DNA of 64,000 nt, from the IMG/VR virus record IMGVR_UViG_2667527945_000002, positions 1 through 64,000 of that record. One strand, given 5' to 3'. The notes beneath the pieces are model-generated. The model made no database searches, was not told where the DNA came from, and saw nothing but the letters and a program-made list of their open reading frames with translations. This document shows, in pieces, positions 58,540 through 64,000 of this stretch. A program made the translations under genes and the position numbers. Within the stretch, counting starts at the first letter, position 1, and the number at the start of each line of letters is the position of its first letter. The stretch is from a virus (lineage: Duplodnaviria > Caudoviricetes).

Positions 58540-59715
58540 ATGCAGACACATACAGTTAGTTTTTCTGAATCATCCGTTAAGCGAGCGCTAAAGAACGTGC
58601 AAGGTTGCGAAATTAAAGTTTCGTCACGCCCCACGGTTTTGTTGCGTCCGCATAAAGGTTCAGAGACGGGGACTTGGTATCTGCGTAAAGGGAAGAAATA
58701 TCATCCACTTGGTGGGTATCCGGCAGTTTCTACGGCGGTCGTTAAAGAGCGCTTACCTCATATCGTGCTTGAATTGACGATGAACCCAGATGCAAAGGTT
58801 GAGATCAGTAGCTTCCAGAAAGTAGCCGATCTCCTTAACTGGTATTGCGAACGTTCGCAAAATGACAGAGAGCTGTCTAAAAAGCGTAAAGCAACGGTGA
58901 AGTCAGTGATCAACAAGCACCTAATTCCGATGCTGGGTGATAAGGCTATTGATGAGCTAAATCATGCATGTATTGATGATGTGCTTATCTGGCCGCTTCA
59001 AAGTAAATACTCCCTCTCTAACGTAAGGCTGATTTTCTCAGCGTTAAAAGCGGCCTTTAAGATAGCTGCCAAGCAGAACCGGATTGACTCTAATCCGCTT
59101 GCTGGTCTGTTGTTTACCGACTTTATTCAAAAACGTATCAATCCCAAAGACGCCCAAATCAGATCTGCTGATATTCCTTCGGTGTTTGCTTCGCTGGTGG
59201 AATGCCATTACAGCACTAGGATGCTGATCTTAATGATGCTCCTGTTTGGTACCCGTATAGGTGAAACCCGTCAGGCGAAATGGTCCCACATTGATAATGA
59301 ATACTGGCACCTGCCAGCTGAACACACGAAAACCAAGCAGTCGCACCGTTTGCCATTGACTCCTTTTGCAAAGTCCCTGTTTGAATTGCATCGAAATACC
59401 CAGAAGTCGAAAGGCTATACAGGGCAGTTTCTTTTTCCTAACGATGATCGCAGTGGTCATTGTGTGCCAGCCAATACGGCGAGCATTCAGGTAAGGCGCG
59501 TGTCTGCTGGTAATTGGACCGCGCATGATTTGAGAAAAGTCGCTCGTACAGTGTGGGCAGACTTAGGTGTGGATTACATGGTCGGTGAAATGCTACTGAA
59601 CCACGCCCTTAGCAAACTTGATAAGACTTACATCCATACTCACGTCGAACACAAGATGAAAGAAGCTCTTAACCAGTACCACGATTGGCTGAAAGAGCAG
59701 GGCCTTTCGTTCTAA
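58540..59715 (+). CDS. tyrosine recombinase / integrase
   Basis: GTRIGE (R), TKT (K), HDLRK, LNH, TY: full catalytic set; N-terminal LG.YP arm-binding-like domain. Confidence 0.92.
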   Translation: MQTHTVSFSESSVKRALKNVQGCEIKVSSRPTVLLRPHKGSETGTWYLRKGKKYHPLGGYPAVSTAVVKERLPHIVLELTMNPDAKVEISSFQKVADLLNWYCERSQNDRELSKKRKATVKSVINKHLIPMLGDKAIDELNHACIDDVLIWPLQSKYSLSNVRLIFSALKAAFKIAAKQNRIDSNPLAGLLFTDFIQKRINPKDAQIRSADIPSVFASLVECHYSTRMLILMMLLFGTRIGETRQAKWSHIDNEYWHLPAEHTKTKQSHRLPLTPFAKSLFELHRNTQKSKGYTGQFLFPNDDRSGHCVPANTASIQVRRVSAGNWTAHDLRKVARTVWADLGVDYMVGEMLLNHALSKLDKTYIHTHVEHKMKEALNQYHDWLKEQGLSF

Positions 59716-59743
59716 CCCTCTCAAAAATCCCAATCAATTAAAA

Positions 59744-59770
59744 TAAATCCTGTACAATGTACAGGATTTT
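59744..59770. repeat. palindromic site, copy 2
   Basis: Identical 27 bp to 58461-58487. Confidence 0.9.
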
Positions 59771-59809
59771 GTTATATGGTGTTTCCACTTTCAAAAAAGG
59801 AGTGTCGAA

Positions 59810-60322
59810 ATGCTGTTAAACGAATTGAATATTCACCTACTTTCTCTGCTATCTGAGCACAAAAAAGCAACGGGTTATGGCCTAACAAAAATGATGAGCA
59901 CTAGCCATGTATGGCGTGCGTCTCATCAACAAATCTATCGTTCACTGAACAAGCTAGCCGACGATGGCTTTCTTGCTTGTCAGGACGAGCCGCAAAAAGG
60001 TAAGCCTGATCGTAAGCATTATTCACTCACTGAGGTGGGTATCAAAAAGCTGAATGAGGCAGTAGAAAGCGCCCTTCCTTCAATCAAATCACTGCACAGC
60101 ATTCGCACTGTCATGTTGAATGTGGGTAATCAAAATTACTTTGAAGAGCTACTGGAACAGTTAAGAGCTGAGATCCAGAAAACAGAGCTGTTACTTGAAA
60201 AAGCTGAAACCCCGTCAGAACGTATTTCTATGCAGCGTGAGATTTACATTAATCGCGCTGAAGAAAGCTATTGCGTAGAGGCTTTGGAGTACCTTCAAAG
60301 CGCGAAACAAATAGCTGCTTAA
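59810..60322 (+). CDS. AphA-like PadR-family transcription factor
   Basis: ATGY.LTK..W.ASHQQIYR.LNK..EPQ.GKPDRK.YS.T..G. Confidence 0.88.
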   Translation: MLLNELNIHLLSLLSEHKKATGYGLTKMMSTSHVWRASHQQIYRSLNKLADDGFLACQDEPQKGKPDRKHYSLTEVGIKKLNEAVESALPSIKSLHSIRTVMLNVGNQNYFEELLEQLRAEIQKTELLLEKAETPSERISMQREIYINRAEESYCVEALEYLQSAKQIAA

Positions 60323-60337
60323 AACAGGGAGCTAACC

Positions 60338-60936
60338 ATGAGCATGTCAACAACAAGTCACGATATAAAAGCAGAAGTGAAGCACCTTAATGCTAAGGGG
60401 TTATCCGTTGATGTTATCGCTTTTACATTAGGTCTATCACCTTTGTCTGTTAAGGGGTTTCTGAAAAAGCCTTTAACCATTTGGTCTGATGAAGACAAGC
60501 AATCTCTAAAGAATAACGCCGGAAAGATGAGTGCCGATGACATTGCCAGCCTTGTAAATAAAACAAAAAGACAAGTACAGGCAAAAGCCCAGAAAATGGG
60601 CATTTCGTTGGCATTTAAAAATGCAAAGCCTAAGCCGTGGACGTTAAATGACGAACGTTTCATTAAGCGTAATGCGGGGCTGATATCCGGTGTAGAAATC
60701 GCTAAGAGTTTGGGACGAAAAGTTGAACATGTTTATCGAAAAGCATACCTGATGGAGCTTTCTCTTTACGTTCGTGGAGAGAACAGCCATGCCGCAATTT
60801 ACCCCGACCATGAAATTGAACTGTGCCGTCAGCTCGCTGATGAAGGACTGAAGGCGCCAACAATTGCAAAAAAATGGAGATGAGCCGTAGCTTTGTTCAT
60901 CAAGTGATCAAGCACGAGCGCAGAACCTATTGCTAA
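60338..60936 (+). CDS. multi-HTH (Myb-like repeat) protein; A-tract frameshift near 60870
   Basis: WSDEDK..IA..V and WT..DE..IAKSLGR repeats. Confidence 0.7.
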
Positions 60937-60957
60937 CAACACAAAGAAGGAAACCCA

Positions 60958-61964
60958 ATGAGTATTTCATTGAATGCAGTTGCTCTACACCAATTGGTAA
61001 AAATGAACAAGAGGAATTAGTTGTTCATTTTGGTAATCATCACCAACCTATCCAGCCAGCATATGAGGCACTTGTAGAAGAGCTTCACCGTGCTTACGCA
61101 GGCAAAGCCAAAGGCTATGGTCAGTTCCAGTCTGACAGTGATTTTCAACAATGGCTGACAGATTGCCGTAAAGGAAACGCACCGTTTTATGAATTCTCTA
61201 AAACCAGCGCCGTTCGCCTTAAAGATGAACTTAGTAAGTACCCTTTTGCTGATGCAGGGACGTTAGTTTTTGCTGAGTACCAGTCGTTAGCTACTGACTA
61301 CTTGCTAGTTGGCTTAGTGTCTTCTAACTCTGGCATGACCGTAATGGACAACCTTAGCCTGAGTGCAACGGCTTACCTTGATATTGCCAAGATGGATCTT
61401 GCTGCAGTTATTGACCTTTCTACCTTTGAAACCGATTCAGATTCAAACCGTTACTTGTCATTCATTAAAGGGCGAGTGGGCCGTAAGGTGTCTGACTTCT
61501 TCCTTGATTTCTTACAAGCTGAAGTGGGCTTTGATGCGAAGCAGCAAAACCAAGTGTTAATGCAGGCTGTTGAGGACTTTTGTTCCGATGCGAAGCTAGA
61601 CAAAGAAGAAAAGGTTTCGTTTAAAAAGTCGGTGCATGACTACTGTAATGATCAGAAGAAGTGTGGTGAAGAAGTTAATGTCAAAGAGCTATCAGGTGAG
61701 CTTCCAGAGTTTGGCGACGTAGGGACCTTTATTAATTACACAGAAGAGCAGGGTTATGAGTTGGAAGATAGTTTTCCTGCTGATGCTGGTTGCGTTCGTA
61801 AGCTTACAAAGTTTATTGGTGCTGGTGGCGGTCTGAACCTGTCTTTTGATGCTCTACTACTAGGTGAGCGCGTTTTCTATGATGCCGAAACCGACACTCT
61901 TACCATCAAGGGAACACCGCCTAACCTACGCGATCAGTTAACTCGCCAAGGGGGTGCAAAATGA
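60958..61964 (+). CDS. ndpA: nucleoid-associated protein NdpA/YejK (frameshift near 61000)
   Basis: MSISLNAVALHQL.KN, ELHRAY..K.KGYG, YQSLATDYL, RYLSFIKGRVGRKVSDFFLDFL, TIKGTPPNLRDQL. Confidence 0.92.
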
Positions 61965-62689
61965 ACCCTCTATTCAATGCCAAAGGTGAGCAAGTCCCAC
62001 CACGTCCAGAACTGACCGACGAAATGAAAAAAGCCGGTGCATTAAAAGCGGTTCAAAGCGGTCACTTAGCTCGTGTTAATGAAGATGAAGCCGAGCAGTT
62101 TTTCGTAGATATTGCCAAGCATTACTACTGTGGTGTTGATGCTTATGACCTAGCCAAAGACATGGATAACTATGGTGGTTGGAACGTTGACTCGATGTTT
62201 GTTGATGATATGGAGCAGGTAGATAGCCATATCCAAGACATCCACCGCAATGCGATTAAAGATTGGGCTGATGCTTACCAGCCTGTACCGCCTTTTGAAT
62301 TGGGAGTAGAGCTTCACCTTCATTCCTTTGATGGTCCTAGCAATGGTGTTATAGACCGCATCTATGAATACGACCCAGCAAAGTACTGCGTAAGAATGGC
62401 AGGAACTGCCGAGGGCGACACTTCACGCCGTTTAATCAAGTTTGAAGAGGCGAGACTTCGCAAAGTGACTGTTGGTGATGTTGTCGAGCCGATAAAGCCT
62501 GACTATCAGCTAGCTAGTGGTTGCAGCCGTTACGATAACGCTGTGGTTGTGTCCGTTGAACCATTTGTACTGGTGTCCCATGGTGCTGATATGCGTTGGC
62601 AATCAACCGTTAAGCGCGAGCAATTCAAAATTGTAGGCAAGGTAGAGGGTGAAGCCCTTGAAGCCTGTATGAAGCGTTCGGAGGCTTAA
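61961..62689 (+). CDS. hypothetical phage protein
   Basis: Coupled ORF. Confidence 0.75.
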   Translation: MNPLFNAKGEQVPPRPELTDEMKKAGALKAVQSGHLARVNEDEAEQFFVDIAKHYYCGVDAYDLAKDMDNYGGWNVDSMFVDDMEQVDSHIQDIHRNAIKDWADAYQPVPPFELGVELHLHSFDGPSNGVIDRIYEYDPAKYCVRMAGTAEGDTSRRLIKFEEARLRKVTVGDVVEPIKPDYQLASGCSRYDNAVVVSVEPFVLVSHGADMRWQSTVKREQFKIVGKVEGEALEACMKRSEA

Positions 62690-62691
62690 CC

Positions 62692-63177
62692 ATGGCAAAG
62701 CAACTGACTAAATTAGACGCGATACGCTTATTTGAGCAAGCAACTTATCAAGAAAATCTCTGGGAACATTTGATGGATGATTTTTATGATGAAAAAACAA
62801 ACTCGTTTCCAACCATTTATGACGTCATGGTTGCCCTTGGGGTAAGTAAGGAAGAGTACGTACAGGCGACAAGCTCAGAAAATGTTGATTGGCCTGAAGA
62901 AACACAGATTAAAAATGTGCTCTTAGAAACCTCTGTTGAGGTTAAAGGTCCCGTCGAGTATGGAATGACACTCGCGGCTTACCTGATAGCTGGTGCAAAC
63001 GTATGGCCGTGGCATAAGGGCTATAAACCTCTCGATACTGAAGAGTGCTCACACCACCTATATGGGTGGGAAGAATGCGGATTCCTGAAACATGCCGGTG
63101 TTGGGGAGTTAGCGTCTGGTGATTTTAAGTCTCCTTTGGAGTTAATTGATGCTGTTAAAAAGGCCAAGGGGGCTTAA
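62692..63177 (+). CDS. hypothetical phage protein
   Basis: GGAGG RBS. Confidence 0.7.
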   Translation: MAKQLTKLDAIRLFEQATYQENLWEHLMDDFYDEKTNSFPTIYDVMVALGVSKEEYVQATSSENVDWPEETQIKNVLLETSVEVKGPVEYGMTLAAYLIAGANVWPWHKGYKPLDTEECSHHLYGWEECGFLKHAGVGELASGDFKSPLELIDAVKKAKGA

Positions 63178-63179
63178 CC

Positions 63180-63662
63180 ATGCATGATCCTATTTCTATC
63201 GACCAAATGAGCGTGGTTAATGCCATCAATGCAGAGCTATCGCGCCAATGCCCTAACATGCCTTTCTGTCCGAGCATCTTCAATACGGTGATCAAAGCTG
63301 CCAATTTGGTAGTTGAAGAATGCGGTCGAGAGCCGGTGAAAGTTAGAGAAGGTATGTCTATCTCTGAATGGTTTGAATGTGATGATACAGGAACTAGCTC
63401 AAAGTATATGGCTTATGCCATTGATGGTGGCACTACACGCTTGCCTATACAGAGTTATTCATACCCTCATGATGCTGATGATTTCGGTCGCTGCCTTCGT
63501 ATGGTCCGAGCGTTGGGTTTTGATAAGAAAGTAGTTGTGATGATAACCGCTGGCGATGAGTGGAGAGAGATTGCTACTCACTGGGATGAGCTGGTGGCTC
63601 ATTATGACAATGAAAACTGGGAAGGGCTTTACAGCTTCTTGTCCGGCTTGAGCAAAAGCTAA
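63180..63662 (+). CDS. hypothetical phage protein
   Basis: DTGTSSK.M..YPHD.DDF.RC motif. Confidence 0.75.
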   Translation: MHDPISIDQMSVVNAINAELSRQCPNMPFCPSIFNTVIKAANLVVEECGREPVKVREGMSISEWFECDDTGTSSKYMAYAIDGGTTRLPIQSYSYPHDADDFGRCLRMVRALGFDKKVVVMITAGDEWREIATHWDELVAHYDNENWEGLYSFLSGLSKS

Positions 63663-63674
63663 GGAGTCGGGACT

Positions 63675-64000
63675 ATGCAAAATAAAGTGGGGGCAGATTC
63701 AATCTGCCTCAACGATAAGCTGGAAGCCCTGATCGCCATACTTCGCAAGGGTAAGTATGAGTTTGCTGATGAAAAGGTATGCCAAGAGTACCTAGAAGAG
63801 CACTTTACAAACCTTGGGCTTCGCTTTGAACGTGAGTACCGCCTATCTGATGGCCGCAGCATCATAGATTTTTATTTTCCTAATTCCGGTATAGGGCTGG
63901 AAGTTAAAGCGTCAAAGGCGTGGAACAAAATGGGCGTATATCGCCAGTGTGAGCGTTATTGCCTTAATCCTGAAGTCAACGGTTTGATACTGGCAACCGC
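63675..64000 (+). CDS. PD-(D/E)XK nuclease-like protein (runs off the window)
   Basis: AAGGAG RBS; translation ..FEREYRL..IIDF..IGLEVK..QCERY. Confidence 0.7.
   Translation, partial: MQNKVGADSICLNDKLEALIAILRKGKYEFADEKVCQEYLEEHFTNLGLRFEREYRLSDGRSIIDFYFPNSGIGLEVKASKAWNKMGVYRQCERYCLNPEVNGLILAT

Larger units (their letters stand above)
1..64000. mobile_element. P1-like phage-plasmid (temperate myophage with plasmid replicons); partial
   Basis: Capsid, portal, protease, sheath, tube, baseplate and Dar genes in P1-like order, together with parA and iteron replicons. No chromosomal housekeeping operons. Confidence 0.9.

Noticed and set aside
1-64000. tRNA or rRNA genes
   Set aside because: No cloverleaf or rRNA-like segment was recognised by eye. 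A tRNAscan run would be needed to exclude them.

Overview
This window is a large part of a P1-like temperate phage-plasmid (myophage). The host is most likely a Vibrio, because the VqmA-, AphA-, NdpA- and RdgC-like genes look Vibrio-type. From left to right it holds: an intact IS200/IS605 element (tnpA-tnpB) inserted into a phage gene; small accessory genes and a HicAB-like pair; P1-type morphogenesis operons (baseplate, spike, major capsid, sheath, tubes, tape measure, a split tail fibre); a P1-type anti-restriction cluster (hdf-darA-ddrA-ddrB, darB, ulx); portal and prohead protease; parA with its partner; an iteron origin with a Rep_3 initiator; a Dam-like methylase; rdgC; a second, TrfA-like replicon with RK2-style iterons; nucleases; a tyrosine recombinase; an AphA-like regulator; and ndpA. 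The main hidden feature is a VqmA-like PAS + LuxR-HTH receptor gene (33116-33865, minus strand) that the ORF track shows only in part because of three homopolymer frameshifts. It lies directly upstream of a LexA-box-controlled HTH gene that has a paralog at 49870. With the AphA homolog, this suggests a phage circuit that reads host quorum sensing and SOS signals. Other hidden signals are a 7-copy late-promoter motif, a probable +1 tail-chaperone frameshift, a candidate capsid-targeting helix shared by DarB and DdrB, and a recurring LD[SA] candidate protease site. About a dozen single-base deletions in A/T tracts are probably assembly errors. Homology calls come from remembered motifs and synteny, not from database searches.
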